From positions 82,364 to 146,363 of the forward strand of contig JAWLHJ010000005.1 in NCBI GenBank assembly GCA_041690395.1: a stretch of DNA of 64,000 bases. The letters run 5' to 3'. The notes beneath the pieces are model-generated. The model had not been told where the DNA came from. It worked only from the letters and a program-made list of their open reading frames with translations, and did not search any database. This document shows, one piece after another, positions 1 through 8,321 of the stretch (its first letter is position 1; every line of letters begins with the position of its first letter). Position numbers and translations under genes: made by a program. Source of the DNA: Longimicrobiales bacterium. Lineage in GTDB: Bacteria; Gemmatimonadota; Gemmatimonadetes; Longimicrobiales; Gaopeijiaceae.

Positions 1-213
1 GGCCAGATGTTCTCGCCCATCGGACAGGCCGTGATCGGGGGGCTGACCACTTCGACCCTCATGACGCTGGCGCTGACACCCACGCTCTACGCCTGGTTCG
101 ACGACATCGGGCTGTGGTTGACCGCCTTCCGGCGCCGGACGCTGGAAGTGGCGCTCGGCGACCGGGGCAGGGCCGCCGAGGAGGCGCTCGTGGCGCGGGA
201 GGCGCAGGGATAG
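1..213 (+). CDS. RND-family (AcrB/CzcA-like) efflux transporter, C-terminal fragment (5' end outside window)
   Basis: Frame open from nt 1; tail FSPIGQAVIGGLTTSTLMTLALTPTLYAWFDD resembles the last TM helix of RND pumps; stop at 211-213. Confidence 0.65.
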   Translation, partial: GQMFSPIGQAVIGGLTTSTLMTLALTPTLYAWFDDIGLWLTAFRRRTLEVALGDRGRAAEEALVAREAQG

Positions 214-228
214 CTCTCGCCCGAGCCG

Positions 229-1617
229 CTACTCCAGCTTCCGGTACAGCGTCCGGCGTCCGATACCGAGAAGAGCGGCGGCGCGACGTTTGTTGCCGTC
301 CACGCGCTCGAGCACATGCTCGACGTACCGGCGCTCGAGCTCCTGTAGCGTCATGATCTCGTCCTGGCTCACGAGCCTGGCCGCGGCACCGAGCGACGCG
401 GCCGCTCCGGGCTCGTCCCCGTTCTCCCTCGAGGGGCTCCGCACACGTGCCGGCAGGTGGCGCGGCTCCAGACGGGGGCCTTCACAGAACGTGACCGCGC
501 GCTCGACCAGGTTCTCGAGCTCCCGCACGTTCCCGGGGAATCGGTAGGCGCGTAGGGTCTCCAGGAACGGAGCCCCGAGTTCGGGCGGTGTCCGGTCGAG
601 GCGCACCGCGTGCCTCTGGACGAATCGGGCCGCGAGGAGGTCGATGTCACCGGTCCGCTCCCGCAGGGGCGGAAGCGATAGACGGAACGTCTCGAGGCGG
701 TAGTACAGGTCGTGCCGAATGCTTCCCTCTTCCTGATCCCCGTCGTCGCTGAGATCGCGGTGCGTGGCGGCGATCACCCGAACGTCGACCGGCGTGCTCC
801 GGTCGCTGCCCACCGGCCGCACCTCCCCCTCCTGCAACACGCGGAGCAGCTTCGCTTGGAGGCCCTGGGGCATCTCCCCGATCTCGTCCAGGAGAAGCGT
901 GCCTCCGTCCGCCTCCTGGAACAGACCCGCGCGGCTGGAGGTCGCCCCCGTGAAGGCGCCCTTCACGTGTCCGAAGAACTCGCTCTCCAACAGCGATTCC
1001 GGGATCCCCGCGCAGTTCACGGCCAGAAACGGCTTGCCCTTCCGGGAGCTCTCGGCGTGGATGGCCCGGGCGGCGAGTTCCTTCCCGGTCCCGCTCTCGC
1101 CCTGTAGCAGGACGGGGCCCTGACCGCGCGCGATCCTCTTCAGGTCGTGGAAGAGCTCGGTCATCACGGGACTGCGCCCGACCATGCCGTGGAAGTCGGG
1201 CGCGCCCATCGCCTCCCGGTAGCGCAGGAGCTCGTCCTTGAGTCGCCTGGTCTCGAGGACCCGGGCGACACGGACCGACAGGTGGTCGAGGTCGAGCGGC
1301 TTGGTCAGGAAGTCGTCCGCTCCTTCCTTGAGCGCCCGAACCGCCTGGTCGATCGTGCCGAACGCGGTGATCACGATGAAGGCGGGTGGGTGCTCCATGG
1401 AGCGCGTGCGCTCGAGCAGCTCGAGGCCGTTCGCTCCGGGGAGCCGAAGGTCGCTCACGACGAGGTCGACCCGGGTGCCGGCGAGGGTCTCGACGGCCGC
1501 TTCGGCCGATCCCGCAGTCAGCACGGTCGCGCCGTCGTCCTCGAGCTCGTCCTTCAGGAGGCTGCGGAGCGCTTCTTCGTCTTCCACGACCAGAACCGTT
1601 GCCACGTCACGCCTCAT
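229..1617 (-). CDS. sigma-54-dependent response regulator (NtrC/AtoC family: REC + AAA+ + Fis-type HTH)
   Basis: ATG at 1615-1617 (MRRDVATVLVVEDEE); REC Asp in LVVSDLRLPG, Walker A GESGTGKE, GAFTGA loop, C-terminal HTH RRAAALLGIGRRTLYRKL. The first ~200 codons of the 664-aa track ORF overlap the kinase gene and are not coding. Confidence 0.9.
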   Translation of the reverse strand: MRRDVATVLVVEDEEALRSLLKDELEDDGATVLTAGSAEAAVETLAGTRVDLVVSDLRLPGANGLELLERTRSMEHPPAFIVITAFGTIDQAVRALKEGADDFLTKPLDLDHLSVRVARVLETRRLKDELLRYREAMGAPDFHGMVGRSPVMTELFHDLKRIARGQGPVLLQGESGTGKELAARAIHAESSRKGKPFLAVNCAGIPESLLESEFFGHVKGAFTGATSSRAGLFQEADGGTLLLDEIGEMPQGLQAKLLRVLQEGEVRPVGSDRSTPVDVRVIAATHRDLSDDGDQEEGSIRHDLYYRLETFRLSLPPLRERTGDIDLLAARFVQRHAVRLDRTPPELGAPFLETLRAYRFPGNVRELENLVERAVTFCEGPRLEPRHLPARVRSPSRENGDEPGAAASLGAAARLVSQDEIMTLQELERRYVEHVLERVDGNKRRAAALLGIGRRTLYRKLE

Positions 1618-3058
1618 CGGATGCCTCGGTCGCGAGTGGGAAGCGGACGGTGAAGCGCGCGCCGCCCAGGGGAGAGCGGTCCACTTCGATGCCGCCGCCG
1701 TGCTTCTCGACGATCCCGTGGACGACCGCGAGGCCGAGCCCGGAGCCTTCGCCGGATGGCTTGGTCGTGTAGAACGGCTCGAAGACCCGCGAGCGAACCT
1801 CGTCGGGGATGCCCGGACCGTCGTCCTCCACGATAAGCTCCGCGTGCTCGGCCGTGACTCGTTGAGAGATGCGCACCCGCCCGCCCGGACTGGCCTGACA
1901 GCCGTTGCGCACCAGGTTGGTGATCGCTTCCTCGACGCGGCGAGCTTCGAGAGGGAGGGTGCCTGCGTTCCGTCCCCGATCGAACTCCACGACGGTCCCG
2001 GTCCGGGTCGCCACTTCACTGGCGGCGGCGACCGCCCCGTCCACCAGGTCGGCCAGCGAGGCATCTCGCCTCCGTCCGGGCTCGGACCGACCGAAGTCCA
2101 TGAGCTGGCGGATGATGGCCTCCATACGACGCACCTGCGCCCGGATGGTCGCGAGTGCTCCGTGCGTGTGCTCTCCCTCGTCGTAGTCGCGGAGTAGCCG
2201 CTGCGCCTGACCGTCGACCACACTCAGCGGCGAGCCGAGCTCGTGAGCGACGCCGGACGCCAGCTCTCCGACCGCGGCGAGCTTCTCGGCGCCCGCGAGT
2301 CGGGCCTGCAGGGCGTGCTCCGTGCGACGGCGCTCGTCGAGCTCGTCCGCGGCCTCCTCCAGCCGATCCAACATGGCGTTGAAGCTGCGCGCGAGCGCGG
2401 CGAGCTCGGACGGGCCCGACGGATCGGCCCGGTGGCCGGTCTGGCCCGATCCGACGCGGGTCATGCTCTCGTTCAGCCGGCTCAGCGGACCTCCGACTGC
2501 CGCACGGTGCCCCCGCAGCACGAGAAGGGAGACCACGGCCATCCCGAACAGGAGAAGTGCCCCCGCGCGGAGCCGAAGCCCCGTGATGTACTCCTCGAAG
2601 TCGCTCTGCCTCCGTGTAACCTGGAGGAGGCCGAGGCCTTGTCCCCACTGGTCCGTGAGTGGGACGAACGAGGAGTAGACGCGGCGTCCCGCCAGCGAGC
2701 CGAACTCGCCGGTTCGGTCTCCGACGGCGACCAATTCGTCGATGCCTTCGGGGGGACCGTCGGGATCGGCTCCTCCGAACGAGGAGACGATCTCGCCGTC
2801 CGGTCCGTACACGTAGGCCCCATAGACCCGCCCGATACTCAGCGCCGATCGGAGCGCCTCCGACACGGTGCCGGGGCGGTCACGCTCCATGGCGTGGACC
2901 AGGGGGAGTCGGAGCGCCCTGGCGACGAGCTCCACGTCGTCCTTGAGGCGCCGCTCGGCCTCGGTCTCGATCGTGTGGAGCAGCCAGAAGATCGAGCCGC
3001 CGAGCGCGAGGAACAGCGGTATCAGGACCCTCAACACCAAAGCGGTGCGTAAGCTCAT
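1607..3058 (-). CDS. membrane sensor histidine kinase (TM-periplasmic-TM, HAMP, HisKA, HATPase_c)
   Basis: ATG 3056-3058; two hydrophobic segments, H-box GVAHELGSPL, DDGPGIP and GSGLGLA boxes; 11-nt overlap with the downstream regulator gene. Confidence 0.88.
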   Translation of the reverse strand: MSLRTALVLRVLIPLFLALGGSIFWLLHTIETEAERRLKDDVELVARALRLPLVHAMERDRPGTVSEALRSALSIGRVYGAYVYGPDGEIVSSFGGADPDGPPEGIDELVAVGDRTGEFGSLAGRRVYSSFVPLTDQWGQGLGLLQVTRRQSDFEEYITGLRLRAGALLLFGMAVVSLLVLRGHRAAVGGPLSRLNESMTRVGSGQTGHRADPSGPSELAALARSFNAMLDRLEEAADELDERRRTEHALQARLAGAEKLAAVGELASGVAHELGSPLSVVDGQAQRLLRDYDEGEHTHGALATIRAQVRRMEAIIRQLMDFGRSEPGRRRDASLADLVDGAVAAASEVATRTGTVVEFDRGRNAGTLPLEARRVEEAITNLVRNGCQASPGGRVRISQRVTAEHAELIVEDDGPGIPDEVRSRVFEPFYTTKPSGEGSGLGLAVVHGIVEKHGGGIEVDRSPLGGARFTVRFPLATEASDEA

Positions 3059-3104
3059 CGCGATCCCTTCGTTTTGGTCAATCCTCGCTCCTCATTATGG
3101 CGCA

Positions 3105-3121
3105 TGTGTCATTGTGGCACA
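3105..3121. promoter_or_regulatory. inverted repeat TGTGTCA-N3-TGGCACA, candidate enhancer (UAS) for the adjacent NtrC-like activator
   Basis: 6/7 bp dyad, about 125 bp upstream of the sigma-54 promoter candidate at 3233-3248, in the divergent intergenic region. Confidence 0.35.
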
Positions 3122-3232
3122 ACATGGGGGTCCATTTCGAGTCGTCGATGGGGACTCGGCCACGGGCCACCACCCCTGAACCCCCCGGCATGACTGGGCT
3201 ACCGGCGATCCGGAGGACGAACGAGCAGCCGC

Positions 3233-3248
3233 CGGAACGGCCGTTGCA
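3233..3248 (+). promoter_or_regulatory. sigma-54 (-24/-12) promoter candidate
   Basis: CGGAACG-GCCG-TTGCA; GG (3234-3235) and GC (3246-3247) have the canonical spacing; 10/12 defined consensus positions of TGGCACG-N4-TTGCW; about 46 nt upstream of ATG 3293. Confidence 0.5.
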
Positions 3249-3292
3249 TGGAAGTGGGGCACGACCACGTCCGATCATCCAACGGAGACGAC

Positions 3293-3649
3293 ATGAACAC
3301 CCTGACACAGCGTTTCGCGGGCATGACCCTCGCCCTCTTGATGGCTCTTGTTCCCGCCCAGATCACGGCCCAGGAGGCTCCCGACCGCGCCGAGCTCGAG
3401 ACCTTCGCCGAGGCCTACGTCGAGATCGGGGAAGTTCGGGCCGAGATGAGCCCGGCGCTCGCCGCCGCGGAGACCGCCGAGGAGGCCAACGCCCTTCAGG
3501 AGCAGGCCAACGACCGCATGATGTCGATCCTCGAGGAGAACGACATGACCGTGGATCGGTACAGCGCGATCACGAACATCCTCAACTCCGATGAGGAGCT
3601 GCGTGCCGAGTTCGAAGAGATCTACGCCGAGCTGACCGGCACCATGTGA
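3293..3649 (+). CDS. small secreted protein, DUF4168-like
   Basis: ATG 3293 (MNTLTQRFAGMTLALLMALVPAQITAQE signal peptide); repeated helical pattern ELETFAEAYVEIGEV ... DRYSAITNILNSDEELRAEFEEI typical of DUF4168. Confidence 0.7.
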   Translation: MNTLTQRFAGMTLALLMALVPAQITAQEAPDRAELETFAEAYVEIGEVRAEMSPALAAAETAEEANALQEQANDRMMSILEENDMTVDRYSAITNILNSDEELRAEFEEIYAELTGTM

Positions 3650-3672
3650 CGCATGGCATCGGCAGGAAGGAC

Positions 3673-3716
3673 GAAGGCCCGGTCGGCGAAACCGCCGACC
3701 GGGCCTTCGCGTTTCC
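3673..3716 (+). terminator. rho-independent-type terminator hairpin
   Basis: Perfect 16-bp stem GAAGGCCCGGTCGGCG / CGCCGACCGGGCCTTC with AAAC loop, followed by GCGTTTCC. Confidence 0.7.
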
Positions 3717-3724
3717 ACGCATGC

Positions 3725-3753
3725 TTGACAGCGTGCGAGCCCGACCTTTAATT
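3725..3753 (+). promoter_or_regulatory. sigma-70-like promoter candidate for the TonB-dependent receptor
   Basis: TTGACA (3725-3730) - 17 nt - TTAATT (3748-3753) in the most AT-rich stretch of this region. Confidence 0.4.
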
Positions 3754-3761
3754 GCCCGGAC

Positions 3762-3784
3762 GGGATTGAAAATCATTCTCATCC
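3762..3784. promoter_or_regulatory. Fur-box-like operator
   Basis: ATTGAAAATCATTCTC (3765-3780) matches 13/16 positions of the AATGATAATCATTATC core and is itself a near-palindrome; lies between the promoter candidate and the receptor start codon. Confidence 0.55.
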
Positions 3785-3806
3785 ATACAATTCAGGTCGA
3801 GCATCC

Positions 3807-6275
3807 ATGCAAGCGTCCAAGCGATTCAGGCACCTCCTGGCCACAGTCGCGGTCATCCTCGGCGTCGGCGTGTCTCCCGCGCTCGCGCAGGATTACGGAG
3901 TCATCAGTGGAACGGTACGGAGCGTCGAAGGCGGAGCGCCGCTCGCAGGCGTCAGCGTGGAGCTGGCCGAAGCGGGACGTACCGCGCTCTCCGACGAGAC
4001 CGGTCGCTTTCTCTTCAACCGGGTTCCGGCGGGCACGTATTCATTGCGCTTCCACGTGATCGGCAGGTCCGTGCTCGAGCGGACCGTCGACGTGCGGGGC
4101 AACGCGGTCGCTCGCCCCGAGATCGCGCTGGATGCCGCGCCCGTGGACATCGACCCACTCCTGGTCCTGCTGGGGCGCACGCGTCTCTCCGAGGGGATCG
4201 ACCGGAGCCGGGTGCCCGGCTCGGTCCACGTCATCGGGCCGCGCTCGCTCCAGGAGCGTCCGGTCGTCTACGACGACGTGCACGCGCTCCTGCGTGAGGT
4301 CCCGGGTGTGAACGTACAGGAGGAGGAAGGCTACGGACTTCGGCCGAACATCGGGTTCCGGGGGACCGGGGTCGAGCGGAGCTCGAAGATCACGCTCATG
4401 GAGGACGGCGTGCTCATCGCGCCGGCCCCGTATGCCGCGCCGGCCGCCTACTACTTCCCGCTCGCCGGGCGCATGAGCGCGATCGAGGTGCGGAAGGGTT
4501 CCAGCCAGATCCGGTACGGCCCGTCCACGATCGGCGGCGCGCTCAACATGGTGTCCACGCCGATCCCGAACCGCTTTTCCGTCCTGGTCGACGGCTCGGG
4601 CGGTAGCAACGACACCCGGAAGGTCCGCGCCCGCGTCGGTGACGCAGCCGAGAACTACGGCTGGATGTTCGAGACCTATCAGTCGCGCTCGGACGGCTTC
4701 AAGGAGCTGGACTTCGGGGGCAACACCGGCTTCGACCTCCAGGACTACGTGGGGAAGATCCGGCTCAACACGTCGCTCGACGCGCGCACGTACCAGGAAG
4801 TCGAGCTCAAGCTCGGATACTACGATCAGCGCTCCGACGAGACGTACCTCGGCCTGACGGAGGACGACTTCGCGTCGACGCCGTTCCGCCGGTACGCCGG
4901 GTCGCAGCAGGACGTCATGAACGCCGACCACCAGCAGATCCAGCTGCGGCACTTCGTTCAGTTCCCCGCCGGTGTCGACGTGACCACCACGCTGTACCAG
5001 AACGACTTCGCGCGGAACTGGTACAAGCTCGGATCCGTCGACGGCGCCTCCATCGGCGGTGTGCTGGCCGACCCGGACGCGTACCCGACCGAGCTGGGCT
5101 ACCTGCGCGGGACCGAGGACGGCGTGGGCGTGCTGTCGGTCCGTGCGAACAACCGCGAGTACACGTCGCGGGGTGTGCAGTCGCAGATGGGTGTCACGTT
5201 CGGTGACGACGTGCGTCATGATCTCGAGCTCGGCGTCCGGTATCACGAGGACGACGAGGACCGGTTCCAGCAGGACGACCAGTACTCGATCTTCAATGGG
5301 CGGATGTCCCTCGAGACGGCGGGCGCGCCCGGAAGCCAGGCGAACCGGGTGAGCTCGGCGTCGGCGTGGGCGTTCCACCTCATGGACCGGATCGAGATGG
5401 GCCCACTGACGCTGGCTCCCGGCGTGCGTTACGAGACCATCGATTTCGAGCGCCTCGACTACGCGGCCGGCGACTCCCAGCGGACCGCACCCACCGGGGA
5501 GCGGACGAACTCCATGTCGGCCTGGATTCCCGGCGTCGGAGCGCTCTACGACGTGACGTCGGAGCTGCAGGTGTACGGCGGCGTGCATCGGGGCTTCGGG
5601 CCGGCCGGCCCGGGCGCGGATGAGGCCACCGAGCCGGAGTCCAGCGTGAACTACGAGCTCGGCATCCGGTCGCTCCGGCCGGGAAGCTCGTTCGAGGTCA
5701 CCGGCTTCTTCAGCGACTACGAGAACATTCTCGGTACGGCGACGCTGGCTGTCGGTGGCGGTGGAGACAACGAGGTGTTCAACGGGGGTGCGGTCCGCAC
5801 GCTCGGCCTCGAGCTCGCCGCCGCCCGCGACGTCGAGGTGGGCGCCGACGGAGCCTGGCGCCTGCCGCTCCGTGCGACGTATACGCTGACGCAGGCCACC
5901 TTCCAGTCCGGGTTCGAGAGCGACTTCGGTCCCTGGGGCACGGTGGAGGTGGGGGATCACCTTCCCTACCTGCCGACGCATCAGTTCTTCACGTCGGCCG
6001 GCCTCGAGGGCGGTCCGTGGAGCGCGCGCCTCACCGCTTCCGGGACGTCGGCCATGCGGACGAGCGCGGGCCAGGGTGACATGGACGATGCGCTGAGCAC
6101 CGACGCCTACGTGGTCCTGGGCGCAGGGGTCGAGTACGAGGTGAGCAACGGCGCCACCGTGCACGCGGCGGTGGAGAACATCGGGGACGCCCGCTATGTG
6201 GTGGCCCGCCGTCCGGCGGGGCTGCGCCCCGGCCTCCCGCGGACCCTCTCGCTGGGGATTCGCGTGATGCGCTGA
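3807..6275 (+). CDS. TonB-dependent outer-membrane receptor with N-terminal carboxypeptidase-regulatory-like domain
   Basis: Signal peptide ...SPALAQD, CarboxypepD_reg-like GVISGTVRS..GAPLAGVSVEL..TGRFLFNRVPAGTYSL, plug and beta-barrel motifs, C-terminal ...RTLSLGIRVMR ending in an aromatic/basic barrel strand. Confidence 0.9.
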   Translation: MQASKRFRHLLATVAVILGVGVSPALAQDYGVISGTVRSVEGGAPLAGVSVELAEAGRTALSDETGRFLFNRVPAGTYSLRFHVIGRSVLERTVDVRGNAVARPEIALDAAPVDIDPLLVLLGRTRLSEGIDRSRVPGSVHVIGPRSLQERPVVYDDVHALLREVPGVNVQEEEGYGLRPNIGFRGTGVERSSKITLMEDGVLIAPAPYAAPAAYYFPLAGRMSAIEVRKGSSQIRYGPSTIGGALNMVSTPIPNRFSVLVDGSGGSNDTRKVRARVGDAAENYGWMFETYQSRSDGFKELDFGGNTGFDLQDYVGKIRLNTSLDARTYQEVELKLGYYDQRSDETYLGLTEDDFASTPFRRYAGSQQDVMNADHQQIQLRHFVQFPAGVDVTTTLYQNDFARNWYKLGSVDGASIGGVLADPDAYPTELGYLRGTEDGVGVLSVRANNREYTSRGVQSQMGVTFGDDVRHDLELGVRYHEDDEDRFQQDDQYSIFNGRMSLETAGAPGSQANRVSSASAWAFHLMDRIEMGPLTLAPGVRYETIDFERLDYAAGDSQRTAPTGERTNSMSAWIPGVGALYDVTSELQVYGGVHRGFGPAGPGADEATEPESSVNYELGIRSLRPGSSFEVTGFFSDYENILGTATLAVGGGGDNEVFNGGAVRTLGLELAAARDVEVGADGAWRLPLRATYTLTQATFQSGFESDFGPWGTVEVGDHLPYLPTHQFFTSAGLEGGPWSARLTASGTSAMRTSAGQGDMDDALSTDAYVVLGAGVEYEVSNGATVHAAVENIGDARYVVARRPAGLRPGLPRTLSLGIRVMR

Positions 6276-6297
6276 GGCCGGGCGCTCTGTCGCTCTG

Positions 6298-6354
6298 GAG
6301 CCCCCGGGGGCGGGCCGCGGTTCGGCGGTCACGCTTCCGGGGGCTCGCGCGTTT
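6298..6354 (+). terminator. possible terminator hairpin after the receptor gene
   Basis: GAGCCCCCGG (6298-6307) pairs with CCGGGGGCTC (6337-6346) around a long loop, followed by GCGCGTTTCC (same tail as the 3673 terminator). Confidence 0.3.
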
Positions 6355-6479
6355 CCGTGGGGCGTGTTCCGGGTGCCGCACTGCGTGCCGAGGGCCGTGG
6401 CGCTCGACCCGGACACGCGCGCGAACCCGTCCGTTCCCCGCGGGTAGCACCGCCGTCACCGACCTCCACCCGGAATCCC

Positions 6480-6953
6480 ATGCCGCGCTCACTCCGTCCC
6501 ATGCTCGTGCTGGTCGCCCTCGGGCTGTCCGTCGGGTGCTATCACTACGTCCCCCTGGCCGAGCCCGCCCCGGCCATGACGGAGGGGACGCCCGTGCGCG
6601 TCCATCTCGGCACGCCCAGGAGCTTCGACGTGGCCGGCTTCACCGCGCACGATGTGCACCGGGTCGACGGTTCGGTGATCAGTCGCGACCGGGGGGAGTG
6701 GGTCGTCGCCGCGCAGGCGCTCCACGCCGCCGGCGGCAACCGGTTCGACGCGGCGGCCTACGCGCTGACGATTCCCGCCAGCGCGGTATCCAGCGCCGAG
6801 GTACGGACCGTCTCGTGGTGGCGCACCGCGGTGTCCGCGGTCGCCGCGGGCGTCGGCATCTTCCTGGCCTCCGAGGCGATGCAGGGGACCAGCTCGAGCG
6901 GTGACGGCGGCGGTGGCGGTGATCCTCCTCGGTCGGTCGTGCCGGGGGGTTGA
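6480..6953 (+). CDS. putative lipoprotein, unknown function
   Basis: ATG 6480; MPRSLRPMLVLVALGLSVGC lipobox-like signal; C-terminal TM-like segment and Gly-rich tail. Confidence 0.6.
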   Translation: MPRSLRPMLVLVALGLSVGCYHYVPLAEPAPAMTEGTPVRVHLGTPRSFDVAGFTAHDVHRVDGSVISRDRGEWVVAAQALHAAGGNRFDAAAYALTIPASAVSSAEVRTVSWWRTAVSAVAAGVGIFLASEAMQGTSSSGDGGGGGDPPRSVVPGG

Positions 6954-7003
6954 GCACCCGCGGCTGGACGGTCGACGGAGGAGGCCGCGCTCAGGTGCGA
7001 CTT

Positions 7004-8101
7004 CTACCGCGCGCAGGCTACCGCGAGGGGTAGGGTAACCTCGAACTCCGTGCCCTCGGGTGTCGTCGATGACACTCGAATCGAGCCTCCGAAGCGCTCC
7101 ACGATGTCTCTTGTAGTGGCCAGCCCGAGGCCAGTCCCGTCGCTCTTGGTCGTGAAGAACGAGTCGAAGATCCGGTTGAGCACGGCGTCCTCGATCCCGA
7201 CACCGGTATCCCGGACCCGGAGTACGACGGCGGTCGGGTCACTGGTCGATCCGTCGGAGCACGGGACAGTGGCGCTGTCAGCTCCCAGGACCTCCGTTAT
7301 GAACGTAATCGTTCCGCCGTCGGGCATCGCATCCCTCGCGTTCACGGCCAGGTTCAGCACGACCTGACCGATTTCGTCGGGGTCGGCCAGCACGGGTCCG
7401 CCCGTCGCACCGAGCTCGAGACGCACGTCGATGGTGTCGCCGAGGACCCTCGAGAGCACGGCCTCCATGTTCGTCACGGTATGGTTCAGGTCGACCGGCG
7501 CCACGACTCGGGAGCCTCGACGGGCGAGGGAGAGGAGACGATGCGCGAGCCCGGCGGCTCTCCGACCCGCTTCCAGGATCACCTCCGCTTCGGCCCGCCC
7601 CGAGTGGCCTTCGGGTAGCATCTCGCTCAGCGATCCTGCGCTCCCCGAGATGACCGTGAGGAGGTTGTTGAAGTCATGCGCGACACCGGTGGCCAACTGG
7701 CCGAGAGCCCCCATGCGTTGGGCGTGCAAGAGGTCCATCTCGCGGCGACGCGTCTCGGTGAGGTCGCGGACCAGGGCAAGGACCACCGGGTCTTCGTCGT
7801 CCGAGAGAGGCGCCAGGCTGATCGCGAGTGGGACCGCGTGTCCGCTTTGGTGGAGTCCCATGATCTGCAGGCCTCTCTCCATCGCCCGCGGATGAGGATC
7901 GCGACCGTACTCGGCCCGGTACCTTCGGTGTTGCCGGCGCTGACCGTCGGGAAGGAGGGCCTCGATGTCTCGGCCGACCAACTCCCGAGGTTGGAAGCCC
8001 AGCACGTCCTCCATGCTACGGCTTGCGAACAGAATGGAGCCGTCGGGGGCGACGAGAAGTGCGGCATCCGGCAACATTTCGAGGAGGTCATGAAGCCCCA
8101 C
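7004..8101 (-). CDS. soluble PAS sensor histidine kinase
   Basis: GTG 8099-8101 (alternative ATG 8077); PAS (LLVAPDGSILFASRSMEDVLGF), H-box GVAHDFNNLL, DTGVGI and GTGLGLA boxes. Confidence 0.85.
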   Translation of the reverse strand: MGLHDLLEMLPDAALLVAPDGSILFASRSMEDVLGFQPRELVGRDIEALLPDGQRRQHRRYRAEYGRDPHPRAMERGLQIMGLHQSGHAVPLAISLAPLSDDEDPVVLALVRDLTETRRREMDLLHAQRMGALGQLATGVAHDFNNLLTVISGSAGSLSEMLPEGHSGRAEAEVILEAGRRAAGLAHRLLSLARRGSRVVAPVDLNHTVTNMEAVLSRVLGDTIDVRLELGATGGPVLADPDEIGQVVLNLAVNARDAMPDGGTITFITEVLGADSATVPCSDGSTSDPTAVVLRVRDTGVGIEDAVLNRIFDSFFTTKSDGTGLGLATTRDIVERFGGSIRVSSTTPEGTEFEVTLPLAVACAR

Positions 8102-8167
8102 GATCTTTCCCCCAACCCAGCGAGTCGGCCTGCGACGACGGGGCCAACTTTGCCGCCCACCGACACG

Positions 8168-8196
8168 TTGTCAATGATACGCTCCGATCGTATCAC
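8168..8196 (+). promoter_or_regulatory. sigma-70-like promoter candidate with embedded palindrome GATACG-N7-CGTATC (8176-8194)
   Basis: TTGTCA (8168-8173) - 17 nt - TATCAC (8191-8196); perfect 6-bp inverted repeat sits in the spacer, upstream of the XRE-family gene. Confidence 0.3.
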
Positions 8197-8321
8197 ATCG
8201 GCAACACTCCGGCGGTTCTCGAAGTTGCAGGACCGTACGGTTCGGACCAAGATAGGCCTGTCGTCCGTCCGCTCGAGTTCGTCGGGCGGTCAACCCTCCT
8301 GCGACCCGAACACAAACCGCG

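Noticed and set aside
229-2223. 664-aa version of the NtrC-like regulator. The same issue affects the long N-terminal extensions of track ORFs at 21768, 22463, 31277, 46981 and 55643.
   Set aside because: The family-conserved sequence begins at internal start codons. These coincide with the stop of the upstream gene (ATGA/TGATG coupling) or with an RBS. The extensions overlap well-supported genes in another frame.
3115-3120. TGGCAC hexamers at 3115-3120 and 52348-52353 that look like sigma-54 -24 boxes.
   Set aside because: No GC dinucleotide occurs at the required 10-nt spacing downstream. The first hexamer is better explained as one arm of the 3105-3121 dyad.
4041-6416. 791-aa minus-strand ORF antisense to the TonB-dependent receptor. 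Similar long antisense ORFs occur at 18863-20971, 26995-28134, 32864-34114, 36023-37312, 39822-41297, 41431-43455, 45187-46515, 48855-50438 and 63049-63858.
   Set aside because: These are shadow ORFs, typical of GC-rich DNA. Their products are Arg/Pro/Gly/His-rich with no recognisable motifs. Each fully overlaps a gene with a strong family signature on the other strand.
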